A DNA stretch of 64,000 nt from a virus (IMGVR_UViG_3300037156_000269:32626-96625); one strand, 5' to 3'; positions 9,932 to 19,429 are shown, counted from the stretch's first letter. Numbers and translations: made by a program. The notes: generated from the sequence alone by a model not told the origin.

Positions 9932-10179
9932 TGTTTACAAAAGGTTTCACAAAATCAGCAGAAGTCCTCGACACCGCAGAACGCAAAGAACTTCCTTCGA
10001 AAGATTTCGCACTCAAAGGCGCTAAAAAAGGCAAAGCCAACGAAGGTAAGTACCCGATTCCAGACGAAAGTCACGCGAGAAATGCACTTTCTCGCGTGAG
10101 TCAATTTGGGTCTCCTGCAGAAAAAGCAGCTGTCCGCGCCAAGGTCCATGCTAAATACCCGAACATCGGTAAAAAATAA
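9931..10179 (+). CDS. Small basic protein with leader and YPIPDxSHARNAL motif
   Basis: Starts MFTKGFTKSA at 9931 (TGATG overlap); motif recalled from small phage proteins. Confidence 0.7.
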   Translation: MFTKGFTKSAEVLDTAERKELPSKDFALKGAKKGKANEGKYPIPDESHARNALSRVSQFGSPAEKAAVRAKVHAKYPNIGKK

Positions 10180-10197
10180 CTGATAAAATGAGGCACT

Positions 10198-10704
10198 ATG
10201 TTTACACACGGTTTTAAAAAAACAGCCGCAGCTCCCGGAGTCGCGTCCATGGCCAGCAAGGCCAAGGGCCTCCTTCCAAACTTCATGAAGGCAAAAGCCC
10301 CCGTTGCCGCCGTCGCCAGTAAAGTAAAGGGCAACGTGGCCGCCTCTGCAGCCGCACGCGGCGCCTCCAAGATCGGAGACAAAGGGTTCACCTCCGGGTT
10401 TAGCGGTTCAGCCAATATGCACGACAAAATCAAAACCATGCCCAACGCTCAACAAGGCCGCATAGAAAAAAGCTACGCTAAATCCAAAGGCGTCAAAGTC
10501 GAGGATCGCGGTAGCCAGTTTGAAAAAGCACAACGTAAAGCAAAAGCACCTGCTTCAGCACCATCTGCTCCTGCAGCGAAGCCCGCGGACGGTGGAAGTT
10601 TCATGTCGAAGATTAAGCCAGCACATGCAGCTATTGGGGCCGGTGGCGCAGCGGCAGGGTACTTGGCGGCCAGTTCCGGTAACAACAACCAACAGCAAAG
10701 GTAA
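10198..10704 (+). CDS. Basic Ala/Lys-rich protein with leader
   Basis: Starts MFTHGFKKTA; C-terminal AAIGAGGAAAGYLAA segment. Confidence 0.72.
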   Translation: MFTHGFKKTAAAPGVASMASKAKGLLPNFMKAKAPVAAVASKVKGNVAASAAARGASKIGDKGFTSGFSGSANMHDKIKTMPNAQQGRIEKSYAKSKGVKVEDRGSQFEKAQRKAKAPASAPSAPAAKPADGGSFMSKIKPAHAAIGAGGAAAGYLAASSGNNNQQQR

Positions 10705-10710
10705 GTGAAA

Positions 10711-11178
10711 ATGAGCTTCTGCTGTGGGTTTGAAAAAACATCAGCTTCCATCCCAGGCGCGATTGGCGCAGTTCGTGGTACAGCCGCGAAAGTAACTAAA
10801 GGCATCTCAGCCGGTATCAAAAAGTTCGTCGGTGGGCAGAAGGCCAAGGGCATCTCCAGCTACCGATCAGCCTCTGGTGTTGGCAGCAAGATGGCTCCCG
10901 GCGAAGGATTAGCCGCAGGCCGAGCTCGTCGCGCACAAGCCTCTGGCAAAGGTAGCTTCACGCCGAAGGCCAACGATGCTCGCGAAACAAAAGCTCGCTC
11001 AGACGTGTATGCGCGCAAAACGAAAGTAGAAGATGCCAAGTCTGGCAACAAACCGTCATTCGCTCGCAAGCATCCGTTTATAACGGCCGGCGCTCTGTAT
11101 CTTGGAACCAAGTCCGCTCTCAGCGGTGGTGACAAAGAACAGTCCCAGCAACCGCAGTACATCGGCCCTCAGCAATAG
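10711..11178 (+). CDS. Basic Gly/Ala/Lys-rich protein with leader
   Basis: Starts MSFCCGFEKTS at 10711; C-terminal ITAGALYLG segment. Confidence 0.7.
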   Translation: MSFCCGFEKTSASIPGAIGAVRGTAAKVTKGISAGIKKFVGGQKAKGISSYRSASGVGSKMAPGEGLAAGRARRAQASGKGSFTPKANDARETKARSDVYARKTKVEDAKSGNKPSFARKHPFITAGALYLGTKSALSGGDKEQSQQPQYIGPQQ

Positions 11179-11209
11179 CTAAAAAAGACTGAGCACGCGC
11201 TCAGTCTTT
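11177..11209. terminator. Bidirectional intrinsic terminator
   Basis: aaagactgagc-acgc-gctcagtcttt between convergent genes. Confidence 0.8.
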
Positions 11210-11213
11210 AAAG

Positions 11214-11558
11214 TTATCGCGTGAGCGATGTCTTCTTGAGATTGCTTTTATTCTTTGAAATAAAACCGTACATTGAACTCACCGGGCAGTCCAATTCTTT
11301 AGACAAAGTCACAACAGACTTGCCCTCTTTATTCCCGCGCACAATTGCGTTCAGGCGATTGTCTTTGGACATGTTAGCCCACTTTGTCGCGCGCTGAGTC
11401 CGGACTGTCGTAGCCACAGCCGATGCATTGCCGTGCTCGGCTGCCGCCTTCACAGTCATTTCCAGCGTAACGGTTTTCTCAAGTACTCTTACGATCGCTT
11501 CAATAACTAGCTCACGCCCGAAGACTTCTTCGAGTTGTTTGATCACTCTTTGGCTCAT
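11214..11558 (-). CDS. Putative HTH DNA-binding protein
   Basis: C-terminal GKSVVTLSKELDCPVSSMYGFI is HTH-like; ATG at 11558 with AGAGAGG SD. Confidence 0.55.
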   Translation of the reverse strand: MSQRVIKQLEEVFGRELVIEAIVRVLEKTVTLEMTVKAAAEHGNASAVATTVRTQRATKWANMSKDNRLNAIVRGNKEGKSVVTLSKELDCPVSSMYGFISKNKSNLKKTSLTR

Positions 11559-11597
11559 AAAAACCTCTCTGGAGTAGCGGAATGCCACTTCATATTA

Positions 11598-11609
11598 CTT
11601 ATACCCGAA
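11598..11609 (-). promoter_or_regulatory. Class-E promoter motif TTCGGGTATAAG
   Basis: Identical copies at 27943, 43449 and 58863. Confidence 0.6.
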
Positions 11610-11636
11610 TTGAGGCTCTATTTACCTGATTCTAAT

Positions 11637-12080
11637 AGCTAATTTAAAGTCCCTTGCGGGGCTACGCAGGACACCCCCGCAGAGCCTGTTACCAAAAGAT
11701 GCTCATCTTTTGGTATCAAGCCCGAGCAGGGCTGAGTGGAAATGAAGCGAAAATCCTTCATACATGCATACTTCAAAGGCTGCTACGGAGCATTCAACCG
11801 TGGGTCTTCGGTGACCTGGTACGCGCATTCTACGCGAGTAAATTTTCAATGGCACTTTGAAGGACACAAACAGTCGTGCTTCTCGCCTCATTCCCCTCAA
11901 CCCTAAGGTCCCTCGGAATTCAGCTTAAACAATCTTAACGTTATCCCTAACGTAGGGGGCTACGGTTGAAGAGTAGTATACGTTCTTCCAACTGAGCCAC
12001 ACCATTCTCCTTACTAGAGTACCTGTTTGTTTTCGGCGATCATGTCTACAGGACTTATCTTACTGATAAATCCTTACCAT
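11637..12080 (-). ncRNA. Candidate structured non-coding RNA (~440 nt)
   Basis: No convincing ORF; promoter motif upstream, terminator-like end, several hairpins including a perfect 12-bp stem at 11690-11715. Confidence 0.4.
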
Positions 12081-12084
12081 GTAT

Positions 12085-12097
12085 CTTATACCAGGAA
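12085..12097 (-). promoter_or_regulatory. Class-E promoter motif TTCCTGGTATAAG
   Basis: Motif variant upstream of a non-coding region. Confidence 0.5.
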
Positions 12098-12102
12098 AAT
12101 GC

Positions 12103-12504
12103 CTATTTTAGCGGCACAAAAGCGTTGCACGCGAGGTCGGCGGGAGTTGCTCCCATCTGCATGCAGGGAGGTTCTTTCTTGTGAGGGCTCGTGCGAAAGT
12201 GCTGACAGTTGTTGCAGAGCGGGACATCCTCCAACGGAAGCAAAGCCTTCCCGTCTTTCTCCCAGAACTGCTGGAAGCGCATGACGTTTCTGGCCTCCTG
12301 CCACTGAGGTCCTAAATACATAAGCTGACTTTTCATGTTGTACATGAGATCAGATAACACCTTCTCCGTCTCACCCACGAAGGGGATAAGCGTCGGGAAT
12401 GATTCTGCACGGTCCTTGATAAACTCCCGAAATCCTGGGACATCGTGCTCCAGATAAATCTTATGGAGCCGTCTGCGCTCGGCTTTCTTTTCTTCTCTGT
12501 TCAC
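12103..12504 (-). CDS. Hypothetical protein with C-terminal Cys cluster
   Basis: CNNCQHF..PPC..LAC; AAGGAG SD before a GTG start. Confidence 0.6.
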   Translation of the reverse strand: MNREEKKAERRRLHKIYLEHDVPGFREFIKDRAESFPTLIPFVGETEKVLSDLMYNMKSQLMYLGPQWQEARNVMRFQQFWEKDGKALLPLEDVPLCNNCQHFRTSPHKKEPPCMQMGATPADLACNAFVPLK

Positions 12505-12516
12505 TCAAATCTCCTT

Positions 12517-12543
12517 AGCTAAAAAAGAGCCCCGAAGGGCTCT
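12517..12543 (-). terminator. Intrinsic terminator with UUCG loop
   Basis: Minus strand AGAGCCC-TTCG-GGGCTCT then TTTTTAGCT, downstream of ssb. Confidence 0.8.
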
Positions 12544-12556
12544 AAACAAATACTAT

Positions 12557-12961
12557 TTAGAACGGAATTTCTTCGCTCGTGTCAAAGCTCGGCTCTGGGC
12601 CAAATCCAGGAGCCTGATCTTGCTGCCCACCGCCGGCGCCGCCAGCAGGTGACAAGAACTGAACGTTGCTAGCGACGATGTCTGTGGCATAATGCTTCTG
12701 CCCATCTTTGTCATACGAGCGCGTTTGAAGCTTTCCTTCAACGTAAACCTTCTTGCCTTTCGAGAGGAACTTGCCACAGTTCTCCGCTTGTTTCCCCCAA
12801 ACAGTTACGCGCGACCACTCGGTGCGTTCCTGCTTAGTCCCGTCTTTCCCTAACCACTTCTCTGTGGTCGCTACCGACAGATTGCAGACGGCGTTTCCGT
12901 TGATATTCTTAACATCTGGGTCTGCTCCAAGATTTCCGATAAGCATTACTTTATTTAACAC
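12557..12961 (-). CDS. ssb: Single-stranded DNA-binding protein
   Basis: LNKVMLIGNLGADP, ERTEWSRVTVWGKQAE, VYVEGKLQTRSY, acidic C-terminal EEIPF. Confidence 0.97.
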   Translation of the reverse strand: MLNKVMLIGNLGADPDVKNINGNAVCNLSVATTEKWLGKDGTKQERTEWSRVTVWGKQAENCGKFLSKGKKVYVEGKLQTRSYDKDGQKHYATDIVASNVQFLSPAGGAGGGQQDQAPGFGPEPSFDTSEEIPF

Positions 12962-13031
12962 TTTCCTTCTCCTTCCTCACCACCCGGCGAGGCATTAGTT
13001 GTGAGGACATAATCGCCCTTCACTCAATTTC

Positions 13032-13544
13032 TTATTCCATAAACTGTCTTGTTTGTGCCCAGAAGTAACTGTCCATCAAAAACAAAAGCTTTGAGTGGCC
13101 ATACCGCATCCACTCATCATGCGCCACTTGCGGAATCCAGTTATCGTGCTTAACCCTGAAAAGAGCTATAGCAAGCCCTGTGCGATCCGCACCGTGCTCA
13201 CAATGTACGAAGATAGGACGCAGCGAAGGATCTCTTAATGCCGCCTGCACTTTGTCCTCATCAGCAGGCACCGGGCCGACGAATCCTGAGAGAGGAATTG
13301 AGATAACTCGGATCCCATTATCCATTGCATCCTGCATCTCTTGCGCAAGCTCGCCTGGCGCATTGTTGAGATCAAGGATCGTCCTCACCCCGAGCTGCCT
13401 CAGGAACTGCACTCCCTTTGTATTCGGCTGAGCCCCACGGTAAATGCCATCCTGAACCTTGGCTAGGTTTAGAATGGGAATGGTGCTGGTCGGCGCAGAC
13501 GCGCATGCGGATAAAAACAGTAAAAGGAATATGGCTTTAATCAT
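13032..13544 (-). CDS. Lipoprotein dual-specificity/tyrosine-phosphatase-family enzyme
   Basis: CX5R motif VHCEHGADRTG; N-terminal IYRGAQP; lipobox LSAC at Cys14. Confidence 0.88.
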   Translation of the reverse strand: MIKAIFLLLFLSACASAPTSTIPILNLAKVQDGIYRGAQPNTKGVQFLRQLGVRTILDLNNAPGELAQEMQDAMDNGIRVISIPLSGFVGPVPADEDKVQAALRDPSLRPIFVHCEHGADRTGLAIALFRVKHDNWIPQVAHDEWMRYGHSKLLFLMDSYFWAQTRQFME

Positions 13545-13819
13545 TAGTTGTCCTCTCCACTCACGTCTTTAACCCAATCCTCGAGCTGATCTGCCCGCGG
13601 TGGTGTCCAGTTTTTAATGAGGCCGGTTTTCAACTCAATGTCGAGCACCAGGTAATCGCCACCACCGTAGGGAAAGAAACCAGGAACGTAGCCGTCATCC
13701 ATCGCTATCTCGTTCCCATTCTCATCCTGCAAGGTGTAAGCTCCACGGTCAGAAACCTTCGCATGAACTTGAATAACACTAGCCTCTACTTCTTTTTCAA
13801 TCTTGATTTTAAATTTCAT
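13544..13819 (-). CDS. Hypothetical protein
   Basis: ATGA-coupled to the upstream gene; acidic. Confidence 0.6.
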   Translation of the reverse strand: MKFKIKIEKEVEASVIQVHAKVSDRGAYTLQDENGNEIAMDDGYVPGFFPYGGGDYLVLDIELKTGLIKNWTPPRADQLEDWVKDVSGEDN

Positions 13820-14151
13820 AATCTCATCCAATTCTTTTCAATAACTTTAGCGATTTCCTCAAAGGGCATGCCCTCATCGTTGAGATCGGCTAGCGCCTTT
13901 TCTCCCATGAGAGTCCCGTCCGAGCTATTCATACCGGCCCATTCCTGCACCTCACTGGGTAGATAGTTATCTCTCCACACGAGTCCTTTACCATACTGGG
14001 TCATCCCATGTTTTTTAGTGACCCCATGCTTAATAGCAAGCTCGCACAATACGCCTAGACAGCAGTAGAGCTCGCCAGTACAAAGTTGTTTTTTCCCCTG
14101 TTGATAATGCGGTAATGCAGCCACCCACTCATCCGCGATTTCTTTTCTCAT
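13816..14151 (-). CDS. CCLGVLC-family phage protein (paralog 2)
   Basis: Start MRKEIA at 14151; CCLGVLCELA and LADLNDEG shared with the neighbour. Confidence 0.7.
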   Translation of the reverse strand: MRKEIADEWVAALPHYQQGKKQLCTGELYCCLGVLCELAIKHGVTKKHGMTQYGKGLVWRDNYLPSEVQEWAGMNSSDGTLMGEKALADLNDEGMPFEEIAKVIEKNWMRL

Positions 14152-14519
14152 AACTCCTCCCAACGGTCTTTGATGATGCAAGCTAGCTCAGCAAAATCTC
14201 TGCCTTCATCGTTCAGGGCCGCTAAGGAAAAGGTGTGCCCGGTGCTTTGATTACAAAAACCGCCGCCTGCACTCTGCATCCCGGCCCATGCGCGAACTTC
14301 GATTGGCAATATCGCTATCTCTTTTGCACCCCCGTACGCAAACTCACCTTCCCAATCCGGATCGTCTTTCACAGGCGGGGGAATAACTCCAGCCTTGACC
14401 GCCATCTCGCACAATACGCCCAGACAACAAAAACCTTCTTTGAATCCCTTAAGTCGCCCGCGAGCCTGAACGTACTTCGGGAGCTCATCCACCCACTGCA
14501 TTGCAATTTCTTTTTTCAT
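14148..14519 (-). CDS. CCLGVLC-family phage protein (paralog 1)
   Basis: MKKEIA..CCLGVLCEMA..LAALNDEG; AGGAGGAG SD. Confidence 0.72.
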   Translation of the reverse strand: MKKEIAMQWVDELPKYVQARGRLKGFKEGFCCLGVLCEMAVKAGVIPPPVKDDPDWEGEFAYGGAKEIAILPIEVRAWAGMQSAGGGFCNQSTGHTFSLAALNDEGRDFAELACIIKDRWEEL

Positions 14520-14537
14520 AAATCTCCTCCTGTGTTA

Positions 14538-14550
14538 CTCATACCAGGAA
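14538..14550 (-). promoter_or_regulatory. Class-E promoter motif variant TTCCTGGTATGAG
   Basis: 19 nt upstream of the 14519 start, at a divergence point. Confidence 0.45.
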
Positions 14551-14609
14551 TTAGGAAATTGTTGCCCATCAGGTGACTTTAGGTCAACCGCTGTGATAGA
14601 CTTCTGGAC

Positions 14610-15632
14610 ATGGCAAAAGAACAAAGCCCCTATGAAGGACTACTCGATAACCTCGGCGGTAAAGTAAGCCTAGGCCAAGTCATTAGCGTCGACGCAGTCA
14701 ACCGCACCGTGCGCGTCAAAACGCTCGGCAATGCTGAGCACGGGACTGACGATCAGGATCTTCCGAACGTAAAAATTCTCCATATGCAGTGGTCTCCAGA
14801 TGGCACCTACGCTGTCGCGATGCCACAAATCGGCACCTACTACATCGTTGGTTATCTCAACTCCGAACCCGTCCTACTCGGCGCGTACCCACTCAGCAAC
14901 ACCTTCGGCGGCGGAGCCCAAGCGAACCAAACCGACGACCTTGCGCCAGGGGATTATGCTTTTGTCACAGCCGCAGGCTCACGCCTTATCATACGCTCCG
15001 GCGGAACTGTCGAGATTGAGTCCACAAAAAACTGCCGCACCTACTGGCTCCCAATCCAAGACACCATCACGACTGTCTGCCAAAATAAAGAGATGTCTGC
15101 CGGACCCGGATACGAGAACTGGACTGTTGACCCCAACACCGACGCCACCACTGTCACTCAAAAGGTATTCGACAACTTAAGCGTCAGCACCGCTGTTCAA
15201 ACTCAAATCGGTACAACTGTCGCAGGGCCCGTCTTCGATTTTCAAGTAGGTCCCGTCGACGACTCCCTCAACATCGTGGCGCCCACCATGCAAATGCAAG
15301 TGGCGGCCGACGGCACAACAACCGTGAATGTTGCCCAAGGCAAAGTCACCGTCACGATCGCGCCGGACGGGACACTCAAAATAGCTACCGCTTCCGATGC
15401 CACATTTAACGTAGGCGGTAAAGCCACCGTGAATGCCACAGGAGATGTTGACGTAACCGCCGGCGGGGATTGTAATGTGACTGCAAGTGGCAAGATTACA
15501 GAGACCGCACCATTGATTATTTTAAATAAACAGGGATCTGGAGTTACTACGTTTAACTCGCATCTCGGTGTGATCGACGAAATAGTCGGAACGCCGTGTC
15601 AACCAAGCACAACGGTATTCGCCGACATATAA
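14610..15632 (+). CDS. Baseplate central spike (gp5/gpV-like)
   Basis: N-terminal OB-fold pattern (GQVISVD..VRVK..MPQIG..IVGY) followed by Thr/Val/Gly-rich beta-helix repeats. Confidence 0.75.
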   Translation: MAKEQSPYEGLLDNLGGKVSLGQVISVDAVNRTVRVKTLGNAEHGTDDQDLPNVKILHMQWSPDGTYAVAMPQIGTYYIVGYLNSEPVLLGAYPLSNTFGGGAQANQTDDLAPGDYAFVTAAGSRLIIRSGGTVEIESTKNCRTYWLPIQDTITTVCQNKEMSAGPGYENWTVDPNTDATTVTQKVFDNLSVSTAVQTQIGTTVAGPVFDFQVGPVDDSLNIVAPTMQMQVAADGTTTVNVAQGKVTVTIAPDGTLKIATASDATFNVGGKATVNATGDVDVTAGGDCNVTASGKITETAPLIILNKQGSGVTTFNSHLGVIDEIVGTPCQPSTTVFADI

Positions 15633-15645
15633 AGGAGATTTAGTT

Positions 15646-15945
15646 ATGGCACTAAAATGGTTTTGTGATCAGAGCGGAATAGAAGTTTTCATGGCTCCCC
15701 CTTACGTGATTAAAACCGACAAGGACGGCAAGCCTGTTACCAAAAAAATCAAAACCATGAATGCCGAGGGTGAGCTTGTCGTGAGCGAAGTGGCGCACGT
15801 TATTTACTCCAAACCAAAAGCCTACATCATCCGCCTATCGGTCGGGGATGAGGTCATCCAGCGTGTGCTATGCGAAGATGAGCTGAACAAAGTAAAAGCG
15901 AAACTCAAAGATGCCTGGAATGTGCTCGAAGGACTGAAGCCGTGA
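15646..15945 (+). CDS. Hypothetical protein
   Basis: AAGGAG SD; in operon with the spike gene. Confidence 0.6.
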   Translation: MALKWFCDQSGIEVFMAPPYVIKTDKDGKPVTKKIKTMNAEGELVVSEVAHVIYSKPKAYIIRLSVGDEVIQRVLCEDELNKVKAKLKDAWNVLEGLKP

Positions 15946-16538
15946 TTTCTGGGCCAGGATGGTCAACCGATCTTTACGGCCTGCTCACCGGGATAGGCCT
16001 ACTGGGTTCAAAACTCCATGAATTTACTGATGCAGTGGGGCTTGGCTCAGCAAGTCACGTCGTTGGCAAAACTTTCGTCACCGTCGACGTAGGCACAGTT
16101 CCTGGTGCAGGTGTTGGAACTGGGACTGGAATTACAGGCCTTTCTGCGTCCACCATTTCCAGCACCATCTACTCAATGGCCGTCTTGTCCTTTGGCCAGG
16201 CAGGGTCCAGGCTAAAAGACACCTGCGACCAAATCGCCGCAGCGTGCGTGGCTCAAATGGCTCTCGCGACTTTGGCAACTGTCGATAGCCCGGTCTACCT
16301 TGGCGGCGGTACGATCACTCCAGGTACAATCGCGGTAATTCCGGCTGTCTGGGGAGCGACAATACAGTCGCAAGCCCCGAACTTCCTCGGAAGCCAGTGG
16401 CCAAATTTTGCTGCCGCGATCGGCACTGGCATGGGTGAAAACGTACAAAGCTCTGGCACAGGGTCCCTTGTCATCGTCGGTAGCCCATCGGGAGCACCGG
16501 TACCAGGCGGGGGCGCCGGCGGCGGTACAATATCATGA
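15942..16538 (+). CDS. Gly-rich putative virion (baseplate-associated) protein
   Basis: GTGA-coupled; Gly/Thr/Ala-rich; next to the spike gene. Confidence 0.5.
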   Translation: MISGPGWSTDLYGLLTGIGLLGSKLHEFTDAVGLGSASHVVGKTFVTVDVGTVPGAGVGTGTGITGLSASTISSTIYSMAVLSFGQAGSRLKDTCDQIAAACVAQMALATLATVDSPVYLGGGTITPGTIAVIPAVWGATIQSQAPNFLGSQWPNFAAAIGTGMGENVQSSGTGSLVIVGSPSGAPVPGGGAGGGTIS

Positions 16539-17139
16539 CAGAGAAAATTTGTGCTGCGTGCAAAGAACCTAAGTCTTTAGAAGAAGATTTTAGCCCGCGA
16601 AAAAACAGAAAAACTCACCCGTACGCCTCTTGGTGCAGAGCCTGCATGAGACTTTATAGTAAAGAACATTACCAAAGAAACGATAGGGCAAAATACAAAG
16701 AAACAAAAGAAAAGCATATAGCTAGAGCGCTCTCTTGGAAAAAGAGTAATTCTGAAAAGTATAGGGACATAACCAAAAATGGCGGAATAAAAACATAGAA
16801 AGGTTATCCACTTATTTAGCCGAGTGGAGGAAAAGAAATCCAGATTATCGGGCGATTAAGTACGCAGAAAATCCAGGCAAATTTTTAGCCGTGAGTGCAA
16901 AGAGGCGCTGCGCTATCCTAAAAAGAACTCCTTCGTGGGCTGACCTTAGCGAAATAAGAGCTTTCTATGTAGCGTGCCCCAAGGGAATGGTTGTGGATCA
17001 TATAGTACCTCTATGTGGACGAGAAGTTTCAGGACTGCATATACGATCCAACCTCCAATATCTGACGGTCAGTGAAAACTGCCGTAAAAGCAATAAGCTG
17101 ATCCTGGACTATTTGGTTGCCAACTCCATGCAGGACTAG
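16535..17139 (+). pseudogene. Frameshifted HNH homing endonuclease
   Basis: N-terminal CxxC ORF 16535-16798; the -1 frame is open from 16765 and runs into VDHIVPL..SGLH..NLQYL..ENCRKSN; homologous to the intact HNH at 42818. Confidence 0.78.
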
Positions 17140-17235
17140 TTTAAACTACTGCATTGTCAGCCTATTTCCTGTAAAATATGCATGTGTCTTGTTTTTCCTT
17201 ACCAAGACACGTAGTCTTAACGCTAGGAGCTACTG

Positions 17236-19404
17236 ATGTCGGGACTTCAGAATTTATTTTCAATAGAACCAACTCTCCCCAACGTCCAATCGCATAAGAT
17301 GCCGGACAATCCGGAGAAGTGGTCCGAAGTGCTCACGACTTACCTTCGTGAACAGTTCCCCGACGCAGCCAAGCTCCCCGTCGTTGTTGAGTATCGTAAG
17401 CGCGATGACCAATCAGGTACGGCTCTTGGAGCTTTGCAAATCAGCTCCGAAGAAGCTTCGAAAACTCTCTTCATCCCATTCATCATTCGTAAGTTTGAAC
17501 TCTCTCCCCTTGATGTGTGGATGGAGCCAAAAACTCAGATCGTTCACCCCCTCACAAAAGACACGTTCAAAGAAGTGTTCTTTGTTCAGGGCCCTGCCGA
17601 CGGTCTCGATGCGCGCCCAACAGATTCCACAGGTAGTTACTTCAATGATCCTAGTCTTTGGACAACAAACTACCCTCCTCTCCAAGGCCGCTACTCTTAC
17701 GCTTCTGCTGGCTTTCCACTTCTCGACGTGACGTCAGATTCCTACACAAAAGAAGATGGTGAGAGTTTCAAACAATACCTTCGCGACAACCCGTCTCTTG
17801 TGGCCAAGTTCCAAAAACACGGCTATGCAGAAGTCCTTGAAAAACTCGCTAAGAAATCCTACGTCAACAGTGGCGATTACGTAGCAAGCGCTATGAATTT
17901 AATTCCAACAAGTGCCGTGCAGTTAAAAAGAAACGCAACTGCCAACGACTACTCAGTTCTAACCAGTGTCGAGGGTATCTTCGACACTGGTGAAGTGGTT
18001 CGCATGAACACTGATGACTGTCGTAAGTTCCTCTCTAAAATCACAGGCTCCACTGAAGATGTGTTGAGTGAGCTTGACCAAGAAGGTGAGAAGCTCCTCA
18101 TCGTGCGCAAGCCTGCTGACGGTGTTTTCCTCTATGACTCCTCTGAGCCAGGCCCCGAAGAAGCAAAAGAATTCGCCATGTACCGGGTTAAGACTCAAAC
18201 CGGTCTTCAGCTCGACGGTATCGTTGTCCCCAATGTCGTGGACTTTGCCGGCAGAAAAAAGGGCTACAAGCTCTTCCTGTCCAAGTCCGCATCCAGTTTC
18301 CAGAAGTCCATTGCAGGCATCAAGATGGTTGGCGTTGATTCGAAAGCCCCCATCAAGCACTGTCTCGAGCCTCGCGATATCCGTGTCGGCCAAACAGGCA
18401 CCTTCATGTACATTGATGATGGCAAAGCGATCGCGACAGAACCCGTTACCATTAAGGCTATCGAGAATCACGACTGCCTTCACGTTGTTGATGTAAATGG
18501 TAAGCGCTTTAACGTTCGCCGCGGCTACGGTGACTACTTCACCAAAGAAGAAAAAGAAGCTCATAAACCAATAGACGCGAAGTCCTCAGTCCCAGGTCTC
18601 GTAAAAGAACCCAAGCGCGTTTACTTAGATGCTCATGGCATGATCGAAGTTCGTAAAGACATCTTTATCATCCCATCAAAAATGATGTGGATTCCGATGG
18701 AAGATCTTCGCGACGTAAGCGCCACTCCTGCCGAGTGGATCATGAAAGAAGCCGCCAGCAAAATGGAACTGGACCCCATGACAGTTCGCTGGACAGGTAT
18801 CGACTTCGATATCACAGGTGCTGGCTTACCTAAGCTATCGCTCGACAAAGCGCGCACAGAATTGCTCCTCGCGAACTCTGGCGTGAGCATGAATAAGATT
18901 GCCGCTGCTATGAAAAAAGCAAAAGCCACAGGCCGTGTGAAAATCCACGGTGTTGACCGCCTGCGCTCGCGCGCAGAGAAAGTCTCCGAAACCGGCAAAC
19001 TTATCGCCAAGATCTCCTCTGTTGTCGCTTCGCTGAAAACGAACATGCTTAAAGAAGCCGCCGAGATCGATGACAACGCAACTGTCGACGTTCTCTTAGG
19101 ACTGAACTTCCTTAACCCAGACAACCTTGCCAAATTCGTGGCCTACAAACCCGTATTCGACAAGGTCCTCGACTACTTAGCCGAGCTCACCTTGGCCTCG
19201 CGCCTTGGTCTCAAAGACATCCCCGAAGCAGCGGCCGTTTCTGGCATGCATAAACTCATGGAGATCGTTGATGGTCTCGGTAAAATGCAAGCCTCTATGA
19301 AACGTCCTGCAACAAAGACCGCAGCAGCTCAGAAGCCTCTCAGTAAAGGGAAGAAATACCTCCCAGCTAAAGGCGCTAAACTGATCGCTATGGTCGGCGG
19401 CTGA
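17236..19404 (+). CDS. Large protein of unknown function, probably virion/morphogenesis
   Basis: 722 aa; AGGAG SD; KEA/KTA motifs like the head proteins; no catalytic motif recognised. Confidence 0.6.
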   Translation: MSGLQNLFSIEPTLPNVQSHKMPDNPEKWSEVLTTYLREQFPDAAKLPVVVEYRKRDDQSGTALGALQISSEEASKTLFIPFIIRKFELSPLDVWMEPKTQIVHPLTKDTFKEVFFVQGPADGLDARPTDSTGSYFNDPSLWTTNYPPLQGRYSYASAGFPLLDVTSDSYTKEDGESFKQYLRDNPSLVAKFQKHGYAEVLEKLAKKSYVNSGDYVASAMNLIPTSAVQLKRNATANDYSVLTSVEGIFDTGEVVRMNTDDCRKFLSKITGSTEDVLSELDQEGEKLLIVRKPADGVFLYDSSEPGPEEAKEFAMYRVKTQTGLQLDGIVVPNVVDFAGRKKGYKLFLSKSASSFQKSIAGIKMVGVDSKAPIKHCLEPRDIRVGQTGTFMYIDDGKAIATEPVTIKAIENHDCLHVVDVNGKRFNVRRGYGDYFTKEEKEAHKPIDAKSSVPGLVKEPKRVYLDAHGMIEVRKDIFIIPSKMMWIPMEDLRDVSATPAEWIMKEAASKMELDPMTVRWTGIDFDITGAGLPKLSLDKARTELLLANSGVSMNKIAAAMKKAKATGRVKIHGVDRLRSRAEKVSETGKLIAKISSVVASLKTNMLKEAAEIDDNATVDVLLGLNFLNPDNLAKFVAYKPVFDKVLDYLAELTLASRLGLKDIPEAAAVSGMHKLMEIVDGLGKMQASMKRPATKTAAAQKPLSKGKKYLPAKGAKLIAMVGG

Positions 19405-19429
19405 TATGCGGGGGGCGGGCAAGGAGTGA

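Noticed and set aside
11985-12005. tRNA (GTGGCTCAGTTGG resembles a D-arm; plus strand ends in CCACACCA)
   Set aside because: No T-arm (TTCRA) or cloverleaf at the right spacing.
17236-19404. Portal protein call
   Set aside because: No portal motif recognised; size and position alone are insufficient.
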